A model generated the notes under the pieces. The model did not search any database, was not told where the DNA came from, and was given only the letters and a program-made list of their open reading frames with translations. A program made the position numbers and the translations under genes. From IMG/VR virus record IMGVR_UViG_3300006358_000003: DNA of 64,000 nucleotides; one strand, given 5' to 3'. This stretch comes from an uncultured virus (IMG/VR IMGVR_UViG_3300006358_000003). Taxonomy: Duplodnaviria; Heunggongvirae; Uroviricota; Caudoviricetes. Positions 34,286 to 43,184 of this stretch are shown in pieces; the stretch's first letter is position 1, and each line of letters begins with the position of its first letter.

Positions 34286-35914
34286 TCACGATTTCACAGG
34301 GCCTGGCAACCGCTTAAGTTTAGCGATTGCCTTCTTGCGGGCATGCACGACGAACGCCTCGAGCACCTTAAAGCCCCGCTTGATGTCACCGCCGCCGATT
34401 GCCGCAACCTGCTCGGGATTTATGACGAACTCCCCGTCACTGAGCGCAACCGGCACATGGTCGATCTTGCCGCCGCGAGTGAAGTGCGGCGCAGCTGGAG
34501 GCCGCGGCAGCCCACGCCCACCGCCGCCACGCGGCAGCGGTACGCCGTGCGGACCGGTCGACATCGCCATCTGTAGCGCATGAGCGCCGGCTAGGCTGTT
34601 GCCTTCCCCGAGCCCGGAGACGACATCGGCAGGAATCACGAACGAATTTGGGAGTGTCGCCGTCTTGATCGAGTCAGCCCTTCCCGGCGTCGCTCCGTGC
34701 AGAAAGCCGGAGGTCGGCATAGACGCTGGGCGCATTGCCGATCGCGTCCATGGCGGTTCCATCATCCCCATGCCCAGCGCTGGCGGCTTAATCATCCCGC
34801 CCGGCGCGTAGCCTTCCGCCTGACCCTGCCCATCGCCGCCGAAGCCCTGGACGCCCTGGCGTAGCGCCGAGAGGCCGGGCTGCAGCGTGTCCTCTTGCTG
34901 GCCTGGCGCGGGCGGTCTCGGCATTCCCCGTCCGCCGCCTCCACCGAAGCCCATGCTCTGCGAGGTCGGCATGGCGCGCTTCTGCTGGAGCACGCGGGCC
35001 GCAAGCCGCCCCATGGGCGAGTCCGGCCCCATGCGGATGACGGCTTCCTGCAACCCCTCGAGCGGCATGCCGCTGAACCGCTGGATCATCTGCTGCGACT
35101 GCGGGTCTTGCGTGCCGGAGGTCGGGAACAGGCCGCTTCCCTGCGTCGACGTGTCGGCCAGGGTGTCGCCGCCATCGGCGCGATGCAGCGTGCCACCGCG
35201 CGAGCGCCCCAGCAGTAGATTACCCGGTTCGCGTTGGTCGAAATACCGCTGAAGATTGCCCGTTCCGTAGGTCTGCCGGTTGGTTGCCCCCGGCATGAAC
35301 GCCCAGTTGCCGCTTGGCATTTTCGTCCAAACCCCAGCTTCGTTGCCGCCGTTCGCGTAGATGCTGCCCGTGCTGAACGTCGGGTGGTTCGGCTTCTTGA
35401 AGGTGTCGGGCATATGCCCAGCGGCCGGCGGCCCTCCACCGGAACTCGCCCAAGCCCCGCGCAGATCATAGTCGCTCGTATCGCCCGCGCGGCCCGACAT
35501 CTGCTGCCGATACAGCGCGTCACCGACCGGCGTCAGTTGGGTGTTGTAATTGCCGCTTTCGTCCGGGATATCGCCGCCATCAGCACGCTTCAAGCCGAGG
35601 TCAAACAGCTTGCACCAGCCACCGGCCGCTATGGTGCCAGTGACCTTCGCGCACCCGTTGGGGCGCTGGTAGTGCTCGCAGATACTGCAATGCTCGCTCT
35701 TGGTCCCCTGGACGGTGTACTGCGCCGCCGCCTTGGTCTCCTTGACGGCGCCACCGGTGGCTCGCTTCTCCCTGGCGTTCGCGGTGGCGATCGCCAAGCC
35801 TTCATCACCCGTCCGCTTGAGGATGGCATTCGCTACCTTGGAGGCATGCGCCGCCTGCGGGCCGGATAGGGAATGGTTGTGCCGTGCCTTGAACTCGCTG
35901 CCGCTCCAGGGCAT
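34286..35914 (-). CDS. Modular internal/ejection protein with a HiPIP-like domain; modules separated by RAxGG motifs
   Basis: CSICEHY..GC..GWC; KKPNHPTFS module; PGRADSI..FVIPADVV and LSDGEFVI modules. Confidence 0.8.
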   Translation of the reverse strand: MPWSGSEFKARHNHSLSGPQAAHASKVANAILKRTGDEGLAIATANAREKRATGGAVKETKAAAQYTVQGTKSEHCSICEHYQRPNGCAKVTGTIAAGGWCKLFDLGLKRADGGDIPDESGNYNTQLTPVGDALYRQQMSGRAGDTSDYDLRGAWASSGGGPPAAGHMPDTFKKPNHPTFSTGSIYANGGNEAGVWTKMPSGNWAFMPGATNRQTYGTGNLQRYFDQREPGNLLLGRSRGGTLHRADGGDTLADTSTQGSGLFPTSGTQDPQSQQMIQRFSGMPLEGLQEAVIRMGPDSPMGRLAARVLQQKRAMPTSQSMGFGGGGGRGMPRPPAPGQQEDTLQPGLSALRQGVQGFGGDGQGQAEGYAPGGMIKPPALGMGMMEPPWTRSAMRPASMPTSGFLHGATPGRADSIKTATLPNSFVIPADVVSGLGEGNSLAGAHALQMAMSTGPHGVPLPRGGGGRGLPRPPAAPHFTRGGKIDHVPVALSDGEFVINPEQVAAIGGGDIKRGFKVLEAFVVHARKKAIAKLKRLPGPVKS

Positions 35915-36255
35915 CAGCGCTGCCCCTTAGCCTTCGCGCGCTTGACTGGCGCGGGCTTCTTCTTCGCCGGCGCGCGCCGCCGCTTGGTCGGAAGCTCGGG
36001 CTCTTTCTCCTCCGTCTCCCGCGCGAACAGCACCCGATCGTCGACCGCGCGCCACAGCTCGCCGAGTTCGCCCCAGTCGCGGCGCACGGCAACCACATCA
36101 CCGATCCGATACTGGTGCGACTTGGCTGGATTGAGCGGCGTCGCGTCGAGGCGGACGAAACAGGTGTTCCGGTCCACGACCTTGATGACAGGAACGCGGA
36201 GCGCCTCGCCCGGGAAGGCCACGGTCAGAAGCGTATCCACCGCTGGGGTGTACAT
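35914..36255 (-). CDS. Hypothetical protein
   Basis: TGATG coupling; basic C-terminal tail. Confidence 0.65.
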   Translation of the reverse strand: MYTPAVDTLLTVAFPGEALRVPVIKVVDRNTCFVRLDATPLNPAKSHQYRIGDVVAVRRDWGELGELWRAVDDRVLFARETEEKEPELPTKRRRAPAKKKPAPVKRAKAKGQR

Positions 36256-36296
36256 TGCGGGTTGTAATATCCCGTCAATTCAGGTGATCTGCAAGC

Positions 36297-36333
36297 GAAA
36301 AGGCCCAAGGATGGGGAGGAACCCTGGGCCTCT
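36297..36333 (-). terminator. Probable intrinsic terminator
   Basis: AGGCCCAGGG...CCTTGGGCCT followed by TTTC on the minus strand, after gene 36355..36687. Confidence 0.55.
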
Positions 36334-36354
36334 TGCTTGGGGAACGGCTTACCT

Positions 36355-36687
36355 TTACGCCGCCGGCACTGCCTGCGGAACGTCGGTCTGTGCCGTGGTA
36401 TCCAGACCGACCGACTTAGGGGCCACGTCGTCAACGATGCTGATGTCAGACAGCACGAACGCTGCGAGCGGGCCGCTGTCGTCAACGGTCAGGCTCAGGC
36501 CGGTAGCCGCCCGAACCAGGGCGTTGATAACCACGTTGCTGCCCTGGATAACTGCCTGCATCGAGGCAGGGTCGCTGCTGACGGCGGTGTAAACTACACC
36601 GGCAGGCGCCGGAACGACGGCACCGGCCGCATCCATGCTGACGATCGGGATCGTCCGCACCACATCATTTGGGAGTTCATAGGCCAT
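36355..36687 (-). CDS. Ig-like beta protein
   Basis: AGGAG RBS; YTAVSSDPA Ig-like motif. Confidence 0.7.
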   Translation of the reverse strand: MAYELPNDVVRTIPIVSMDAAGAVVPAPAGVVYTAVSSDPASMQAVIQGSNVVINALVRAATGLSLTVDDSGPLAAFVLSDISIVDDVAPKSVGLDTTAQTDVPQAVPAA

Positions 36688-36705
36688 TGGGTTGCTCCTT
36701 GGTTG

Positions 36706-37191
36706 TTACGGCGCTGGCTGCGGCACGTCGGTCGCCGCGTCCAGATCGAGGCCAATCGCCGTTGGTCGATTGGGGTCGATTGAAAATACCGCCAACGCGG
36801 CTTCCAGGTCGGCTTGCTCTTGCTGCAACTCGGCGAACAGCAAGTCGTCCAGGTGCTTTTGCTCAAGCGCCGGATAGCCGTCAGAAGCTAGGGACAGCCT
36901 CGCACTGACCACGGCATCGAGCCCGTCGAGTACAGCCTGGACCAGAGCCCGCCGCCGCTCTCGGCTGTCAATGGTGTCGGAGATTGCGGTCCGCAGATCC
37001 GGCGAGTTACGTCCCGCCAGCAACCCCCGCAGGCCGCGGATAGACTTAACCAGTATGGCCAAAGCCGCCAAGAGTTCTGCGCGCAAGGCGGGGTTGGGAT
37101 CCAGTGGGATCGCAGGAGCCGGCGGAACCGGCGCCGAAGCCACGGCCGATGCGCGCGCAGCCGACGGCACAGTATTCGGATCATCGACCAT
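36706..37191 (-). CDS. Helical hypothetical protein
   Basis: Shares its C-terminal GLD..TDVPQ motif with 36355..36687. Confidence 0.65.
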   Translation of the reverse strand: MVDDPNTVPSAARASAVASAPVPPAPAIPLDPNPALRAELLAALAILVKSIRGLRGLLAGRNSPDLRTAISDTIDSRERRRALVQAVLDGLDAVVSARLSLASDGYPALEQKHLDDLLFAELQQEQADLEAALAVFSIDPNRPTAIGLDLDAATDVPQPAP

Positions 37192-37292
37192 TTAGGTTAT
37201 CCCTATTGAGCGAGGCGGCGTTGGGGAAGGCCGCAGCCCGGCCCGCATATGGTTGCGCATGAGACAATCCGCAAATGACATCACCGTGGCGC

Positions 37293-37820
37293 TCATGGCA
37301 CCGGTGGGACCGCGTTGGGAACGCTGACCAGAACGACATCCTTTTCATGCAGGACGCGGTCTGCCTCTTTCCTCTGCTCCGCCTCCAGCCGCGCCCGCTT
37401 CAGTATGACCGGCAGCATCGCGGCGCTGTCGCGCTCGTGCTGCGGGACAGTCTTGTCGGATGCGCGCTGGAGCAGAAGTTTATGCAGCCTCGCGTCTGCC
37501 TCCTTGGTTATGTCGGGCGGTTCCAATTCCAGCAGCCTCATCAGTTCGTCCATTTCCGGCGCGTGATCGTGGGTCAACTCTTTGACCAGGAGCGTTTGCA
37601 TCACGCCGTAGATCGGGCTGACAACATCGTTGATCCTGCGCAGTTGTTCCTCCAGGGCGGCTGTTCTGACGAGAAGCGCCTGGTGTGCAACCTCAACTTC
37701 CTTGGCACGCGAGATCGCAGCGGTCCGGGTGCCCCAGAACCACGTCGCGACGGCCGTTACCATCGCCGCGATGATGATAAGCGCAATCGAGTTGACGAAG
37801 GGGGAACCGAAGCCGTCCAC
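37293..37820 (-). CDS. TM + coiled-coil protein in lysis-like cassette
   Basis: GTG start with GAGG; TM SIALIIIAAMVTAVATWFW. Confidence 0.65.
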   Translation of the reverse strand: MDGFGSPFVNSIALIIIAAMVTAVATWFWGTRTAAISRAKEVEVAHQALLVRTAALEEQLRRINDVVSPIYGVMQTLLVKELTHDHAPEMDELMRLLELEPPDITKEADARLHKLLLQRASDKTVPQHERDSAAMLPVILKRARLEAEQRKEADRVLHEKDVVLVSVPNAVPPVP

Positions 37821-37821
37821 C

Positions 37822-38589
37822 TCACGCAATCCCGCGCAGCGTCGCCATCGCGGCCTGCGCAACCTCCCACTCTATGCCGGCAGGATCCTGGCCGGAGGCA
37901 TCCACCCAATCGCGCGACAGGATCGCGTAAGCCTCATCGGCCAGGCGTTCCATTGCCCGCCACGTCGTGCGGTGCCTTTCTCCCCAACTGATCGCGTCGA
38001 ACTCGTAGCCGATCGCGGTCACCTCGCACCCCACCAGCAGCATGCAGTGGCCGCCGGCGATCGGAACGTCACCCGCCTCCGGCACGTCGAGGAGATAGAG
38101 GTCGTCCTCCAGCCACGCGGTCGGGCAGTTGAGCCCCACCAGGACGGCGCCACACCGCCAGATGGCATAGCGCAGCCATCCCAGCGTGATGTGGTCGACC
38201 GCCGCCACGGCATCGGGCTTGTCCACCGTGCCGTCAGGCAGCACGATGCCATCCCGCGCCCATCGCACCATGGCCTCCGACATGAGCGTGCCGATGTCGC
38301 TGCGCGGATTGGCGGGATCCCAGCCGGCCCAGGCGGAATACAGCGCCTCGGTCATCCCGTCAGTCGGCTCGAACGGCCGCCCGGCGTAGGCAAGGCGCTG
38401 CTGGATGTGGTGCCAGGCTGCGGCTGGCACGCAGCAACCCAGCACGTCGTTGCGCAGCATCGGCCATCCACCCACGGCGGCATACCAGTTGATCGGCTCT
38501 GGCGGTTCGTCGTGGCGCATGGTCATCGCGCGGAGAAGCGGGATGTGCGGGTTGACCACAGCATCCCGCTTGCCGAGTGCGCGGGGCAT
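37822..38589 (-). CDS. Papain-fold (C1-like) cysteine peptidase
   Basis: NDVLGCCVPAA (Cys), GGHCMLLVG (His), ISWG. Confidence 0.8.
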   Translation of the reverse strand: MPRALGKRDAVVNPHIPLLRAMTMRHDEPPEPINWYAAVGGWPMLRNDVLGCCVPAAAWHHIQQRLAYAGRPFEPTDGMTEALYSAWAGWDPANPRSDIGTLMSEAMVRWARDGIVLPDGTVDKPDAVAAVDHITLGWLRYAIWRCGAVLVGLNCPTAWLEDDLYLLDVPEAGDVPIAGGHCMLLVGCEVTAIGYEFDAISWGERHRTTWRAMERLADEAYAILSRDWVDASGQDPAGIEWEVAQAAMATLRGIA

Positions 38590-38590
38590 G

Positions 38591-39127
38591 TCAGCGGCCT
38601 GCCAGCTTGGCCAACTTTGCCCGGGCCTCCTGCACTGTCATGCCAGGCACGGCAGCCAGAGCCTTGGCGCGCGGGCCAGGCGCAGCAGCAGCCGGAGCCG
38701 GAGCGGTGAGGAAGCTGGCAACGAACGCCTCGAGCACCGGAAGCACCATTACCACAGCACCGAGCGCGGTCCTGAACGGCTCCGGCACGAGCGGAATGCT
38801 GGCGGCCGTCGAGATCACCGAGTTGATCGCGTCCTCGATCTGCTGGATCAGCGGCGCCGCTGCGGTCGAGGTCAGCGACGCATTCAGCCCGGCCAGCACC
38901 GACGCGGCGGTGGACAGCCCCAAGGTGATGGCGCCTTGCGCGGCGGCGGGGATCCGGCCGGGCGCGGCTGTAATGATGGTATTGAATGCGGCGGTGAGGC
39001 CCTGGACAATGTTCTGTGCGTCCGTCACCACCTGGAGGGGAACGGTCTGCGCTGGCGTGGTGCCTGGGGTCTGGCAGGAGACTAGCAGAAGCGCTGGGCT
39101 ACCCAGCAGGATAGTTCGTCGGAACAT
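38591..39127 (-). CDS. Lipoprotein with amphipathic/TM helices
   Basis: MFRRTILLGSPALLLVSC lipobox. Confidence 0.7.
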   Translation of the reverse strand: MFRRTILLGSPALLLVSCQTPGTTPAQTVPLQVVTDAQNIVQGLTAAFNTIITAAPGRIPAAAQGAITLGLSTAASVLAGLNASLTSTAAAPLIQQIEDAINSVISTAASIPLVPEPFRTALGAVVMVLPVLEAFVASFLTAPAPAAAAPGPRAKALAAVPGMTVQEARAKLAKLAGR

Positions 39128-39131
39128 TGGT

Positions 39132-39650
39132 TTATGCCTTCATGCCTGGAGACGTGCGATCCGGTGGCCATTGCGGCGGTCGCCTGTCTTGGGGTTGGTA
39201 GCTCTCCGCAACCGGCGGTGCGTCCGCCGGAGCTGCGGGGTTGATCTCCATCCTCGTCGTAGTGACGACGGCGGGGGGCGCTGTAGCCAGCAGCGTTCCG
39301 AGCCTCGCCGAGACCATCTGCTTCACATGGTCATCCGTGATGTCGAGCGTCTTCAGGGTGTCCGGCAACGAACTCAGGACGTGGTTCACGCCGTAGGCCA
39401 GGGCAGCATTGTTGACGGCCACGTTGCCGAAGGCTCCCTGGTCCACCCGATCCAGCGCGTATTTGTAGGCAGCGCCTGCGCCCGCGGTTGCCGCCGTCTC
39501 GACGCGCTGGGCAAGCTCGGCGTTGTTCGCCATGTTGAAGCGCCGCAGCACGGCGATTACCAGGATCGGAATGGCCGCCGTGACAGCCGTCGAGGCCAGT
39601 CCCAGCAGCGCCTCGAGCAGCGGTCCGAAGTCGATGGCTGTCACGGCCAT
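39132..39650 (-). CDS. Putative holin (single N-terminal TM, LL-H-like layout)
   Basis: Hydrophobic N-terminus followed by helical domain VETAA..GVNHV..LPDTLKTL..MVSARL. Confidence 0.55.
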   Translation of the reverse strand: MAVTAIDFGPLLEALLGLASTAVTAAIPILVIAVLRRFNMANNAELAQRVETAATAGAGAAYKYALDRVDQGAFGNVAVNNAALAYGVNHVLSSLPDTLKTLDITDDHVKQMVSARLGTLLATAPPAVVTTTRMEINPAAPADAPPVAESYQPQDRRPPQWPPDRTSPGMKA

Positions 39651-39823
39651 TATAACCCGCCTCGCCCCAGGACCAGATAAATCACGACGATTAGCAGGAT
39701 GATCCCGACAATGCCGAAGCCGCCGTAGTGCGATGCGCCCCAGCCGTTCTGTGACCCGTAGTAGTACCCTCCGCCGCCGCCCAGCAGCAGCACGAGCACG
39801 ACGATAATCAGGATGAGCAGCAT
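39650..39823 (-). CDS. DUF3309-like two-TM small protein
   Basis: MLLILIIVVLVLLLGGGGGYY...GGFGIVGIILLIVVIYLVLGR. Confidence 0.8.
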   Translation of the reverse strand: MLLILIIVVLVLLLGGGGGYYYGSQNGWGASHYGGFGIVGIILLIVVIYLVLGRGGL

Positions 39824-39984
39824 CCGGTGATCTCCTCTCGTATCAGATCGGTCGGCGGCCGAGGAGGTGGTGGCGCTGGCCTGACACGCCCGCATTGGTC
39901 GCAGTTCTCATGGTGCGCGAACGACGCGAAGCCGCACTGGCATCGCCATATCATCGGCATGTCCGCAATCGCTTGCTCCGGCAT
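39808..39984 (-). CDS. RanBP2-type zinc-ribbon microprotein
   Basis: WRCQCGFASFAHHENCDQCG. Confidence 0.6.
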   Translation of the reverse strand: MPEQAIADMPMIWRCQCGFASFAHHENCDQCGRVRPAPPPPRPPTDLIREEITGCCSS

Positions 39985-39985
39985 C

Positions 39986-40270
39986 TCACACTCCTGCCAC
40001 CGGCAGCCACGTTCCCCCACCTCTGGACACGAATAGCGTGCTCCCGATCGCGCCTGCCGTGTCGCTGTAGAGGCTACCGATCGGCTTCACCGCGACCGGC
40101 GCACCGACGCCGCTGGTCCAGTCCGGCGCTCCCGTGACGCCGACCGAGATCATCATGCCGCCTTTCAGCAGCTCATACGTCGCGCCCTGCAGCTTTAGCA
40201 TCTGCTGCAAGGCGTCCACGATGCGGACGACATCGGAGATCGAGGAGGTGGCACCGAACGCGCCGCTCAT
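39986..40270 (-). CDS. Small tail-associated protein
   Basis: GAP...PIGSLY..GSTLFV..TW fibre-tip motif; follows nozzle gene. Confidence 0.65.
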   Translation of the reverse strand: MSGAFGATSSISDVVRIVDALQQMLKLQGATYELLKGGMMISVGVTGAPDWTSGVGAPVAVKPIGSLYSDTAGAIGSTLFVSRGGGTWLPVAGV

Positions 40271-42300
40271 CGCCGACCCGCCGGCGCAACGCGCGCTATC
40301 ACCGCGCCCATCCGCTGGTGTCCCCCAAGCGTGTCACCACCTACCTGGAGCGCCACCAGCTTGTTGCGAAGGTTCATGTTGACCATCGGCGCGCTGCTGT
40401 TCACGGCAAACGGTCCATATGCCGTGCCAGGATCCTCGGCGAAGTCTCGGCCAATGACCGTCAGCTTGGTGATCGGCTCAGGATCGCCCGCCTCGCGGAT
40501 GTGCTGGTGGAAGTCCGGTTCCAGCCGGTCGACGCGCATGTAGTCGCCCGCCTCGCCCAGCCAGAAGTTGCCCGACAGGAAGAACCAGACCATCGGGGCG
40601 CCGTTCGCGTTGTGGCCTTCCTCGTGCTGCATCAGCAGACCAGCGGTGTCCGCCCCGATCGGGTTGCCAACAGGCGAGTGATCCGTCCACGCCGTGCGCT
40701 GGTACTGCGACGACTGGCCCTTGTCCCAGAGGTTCTCGGCGTAGTTCCACTTCACGTAGCCGATCGGCGCCGCCGGATCGTAGATCGGCGAGGAAGGATC
40801 AATCGGGAAGTGCCACGCTACCTCGTCGTAGAGGGTGTTCAGCGCGCCGAATATCTGCTCCGTCTGGCTGTCGTCGAAGTTGTCGAACATCCACGACCAT
40901 ACGGTGCAGTCCAGCGGCGCGATGGCGCCACCGTCATACCGGAAGAACCCACGGTCGGACGGCCAGACCACCGAGTTGCCGACCACGACCGGCGCCCGCA
41001 TGCTGATCGCTTCGCAGTTCACGCCGATGCGGTTGAAGCCGAACACAAACGGCAAGCCCTGGTAGACCATCGACCACAGACCGACATCGGTCCAGATCAG
41101 CGCACCTAGGCCAACCGCTATCCCGGCGACGATCGTCGAGCCGGAAGGAAGCTGGAAGCTGCCAGCCTGGTTGGTGGCACTCGCCACCCACGCCGTGCGA
41201 TCTCCGCTATCGCTCCAGCGCACCAGGGTCGGAAACTGTTGGCCGCCAGTTTCCGCGCCAAGCGCCACCAATATCTGCGCCTGGGCAATGCCAAACACCA
41301 GGATGTTTGCTATCGGCGCATTTGGCACGATGGCGGCGGGGATGACAGCCGGCGGAGACCACGAGTAGATCGCGCCGTTCATCGGCGAGGCGATGAGGTC
41401 CTGGCCCCAGTGATCGAGCGACCACAGACGAAGGCCAAGGATCACGCTGCTGTTGGCTCCCCCCCAATCTCCCGCGCCCCAGTCACCGCCGCCCCACCCG
41501 CCGGAGGCCACGTTGACCGCCTGCCCTGACGCGATGAGATACTGGATCTGGACATTCCCGCCGTTCTCGGCGCCGGTCGTGGTGGCGCTCGCCAGGCCGG
41601 TGGCTACGAAGTCCACGCGGTTCGCATCGACCACATTGGTGACGGTGTAGGTGCCAGACAGGACGATGGTCGCCACCGTCGTGGAGACGGGCACCGTGAA
41701 CGCATCGCCGAGCGCAAGCCCGTGGTTGTTAAGCGTACGTCGCACGGTCGCGGTGCCGATCGTCGTGGCGAACACCGGAACGGCGCCGCCGTGGTTCACG
41801 AGCGTCGTGGCGGGCGCGGCCGCCTGGATCGTGTAGGTGGTGCCGCTGACGATGCTCTGCACCAGGTAGAAGCCCTGGAGCACGATGCCGCCGACCGAAA
41901 CAGCGTCTATGATGTTGATCCAGTCACCGGCGCCTGCCGTGGTGATCGCATCGACGACGGTGACAACCTGCGAGCCTGCCGTGGTCGAGAAGTCCATCGC
42001 GATGTTGTCGGTCGCACGCAGCGGGGTGATGTCCCCGAGGATGCCGCCGCTGGTCACGGCCAGGCGCTGCTCAGTGCCGATCGCCAGATATGGATTCCCA
42101 TTAAAATCGGACCAAGCAAAAAGCGCCCGGCATGTTCCTACGTATGGCGGAGAGATGAGATACTGTACCCATCCACCAAGCTTTTCTGCGAGACCGTTGA
42201 AAAACCTTATGAGGTTCGAGTCGCTTATTCCCCCCTCATTTAAGGTGTTAGTTTTTTCAATATCTACCCCACCGCGGAGAAGGAGCTTCTTTAGAGGCAT
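40267..42300 (-). CDS. Tail nozzle / packaged-DNA stabilization protein (P22 gp10-like beta-propeller)
   Basis: RFFNGLAEKLGGW, WSLDHWGQDLIA, VRWSD..W..NQAG; size and synteny. Confidence 0.85.
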   Translation of the reverse strand: MPLKKLLLRGGVDIEKTNTLNEGGISDSNLIRFFNGLAEKLGGWVQYLISPPYVGTCRALFAWSDFNGNPYLAIGTEQRLAVTSGGILGDITPLRATDNIAMDFSTTAGSQVVTVVDAITTAGAGDWINIIDAVSVGGIVLQGFYLVQSIVSGTTYTIQAAAPATTLVNHGGAVPVFATTIGTATVRRTLNNHGLALGDAFTVPVSTTVATIVLSGTYTVTNVVDANRVDFVATGLASATTTGAENGGNVQIQYLIASGQAVNVASGGWGGGDWGAGDWGGANSSVILGLRLWSLDHWGQDLIASPMNGAIYSWSPPAVIPAAIVPNAPIANILVFGIAQAQILVALGAETGGQQFPTLVRWSDSGDRTAWVASATNQAGSFQLPSGSTIVAGIAVGLGALIWTDVGLWSMVYQGLPFVFGFNRIGVNCEAISMRAPVVVGNSVVWPSDRGFFRYDGGAIAPLDCTVWSWMFDNFDDSQTEQIFGALNTLYDEVAWHFPIDPSSPIYDPAAPIGYVKWNYAENLWDKGQSSQYQRTAWTDHSPVGNPIGADTAGLLMQHEEGHNANGAPMVWFFLSGNFWLGEAGDYMRVDRLEPDFHQHIREAGDPEPITKLTVIGRDFAEDPGTAYGPFAVNSSAPMVNMNLRNKLVALQVGGDTLGGHQRMGAVIARVAPAGRR

Positions 42301-42399
42301 TGCCTATGCCTCCTTGTCCGCTATGATGCGGAAGCGAGGCGTCGCCTGCTTGCAACAGGACAACGCCTCTGACCACTGCCTCTGGATCAGAGAGACACG

Positions 42400-42948
42400 A
42401 TGGCTACCAAACCACTGCCCGATGCTGACACGCTGCGCAAGCTCTTGGATTATAATCCAGAGACAGGCGTTTTGACGTGGCGGCAACGCCCGCTGTGTCG
42501 CTTCCCGAACTTGCGTGCAGCAACATCCTGGAATGCCAAGTACGCCGGCAAACCCACCGGCAACCACGACGGATATCGAGGTTATCTGTGGGTAAGGATC
42601 GAAGGCAGGAGCTATAAATCCCACCGCGTCGCTTGGCTGATCGTCACTGGCAAATGGCCAAGCGCCATGATTGACCATATAAACAATGACCCTGCCGATA
42701 ACAGGTTCTGCAATCTTCGAGAGGCTTCCAGGTCGGAAAATTCTCGCAACAGAAAACTCAATACCGACAGCGTGAGCGGCTTTAAGGGTGTACGATGGCG
42801 CGCAGCCCGAAGGAGATGGGAGGCAACCATTAGAGTAGAGGGGAAACTGCATCGCCTTGGCCGATTCGACACGGCCGAGGAGGCTCACGAAGCCTACTGC
42901 AAGGCAGCGCGTGAGCTTCATGGCGAGTTCTTCAATCCTGGCCACTAG
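42400..42948 (+). CDS. HNH endonuclease with AP2 domain (free-standing homing endonuclease)
   Basis: YNPETG, HRVAW, IDHINNDPADNRFCNLREAS, SGFKGV..LGRFDTAEEAHEAY..LHGEF. Confidence 0.95.
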   Translation: MATKPLPDADTLRKLLDYNPETGVLTWRQRPLCRFPNLRAATSWNAKYAGKPTGNHDGYRGYLWVRIEGRSYKSHRVAWLIVTGKWPSAMIDHINNDPADNRFCNLREASRSENSRNRKLNTDSVSGFKGVRWRAARRRWEATIRVEGKLHRLGRFDTAEEAHEAYCKAARELHGEFFNPGH

Positions 42949-43184
42949 GTCAACTCCACGCCCATGCCGGTAAGCTGCGTCTCGATCTGGGTGATGTTGG
43001 TCCGAATGAAGTCAGACACGTCGGTGCGGGACTGCTGGAGCAGCGTGTCATCGAGCCCCGAGCCGGTGATAGCGTCCGCTACCTTCATCAGCGAGTCCGC
43101 TTGCGACACCGCTGCCAGTCGCGAGACCAAGTCGGCCCGACGCGCCAGCAGCACCACGGCGCTGTTGATGTCGGCCACTTTCAC
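42945..43184 (-). CDS. Small helical protein (fibre chaperone-like)
   Basis: GTGA coupling after the fibre gene. Confidence 0.6.
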   Translation of the reverse strand: MKVADINSAVVLLARRADLVSRLAAVSQADSLMKVADAITGSGLDDTLLQQSRTDVSDFIRTNITQIETQLTGMGVELT

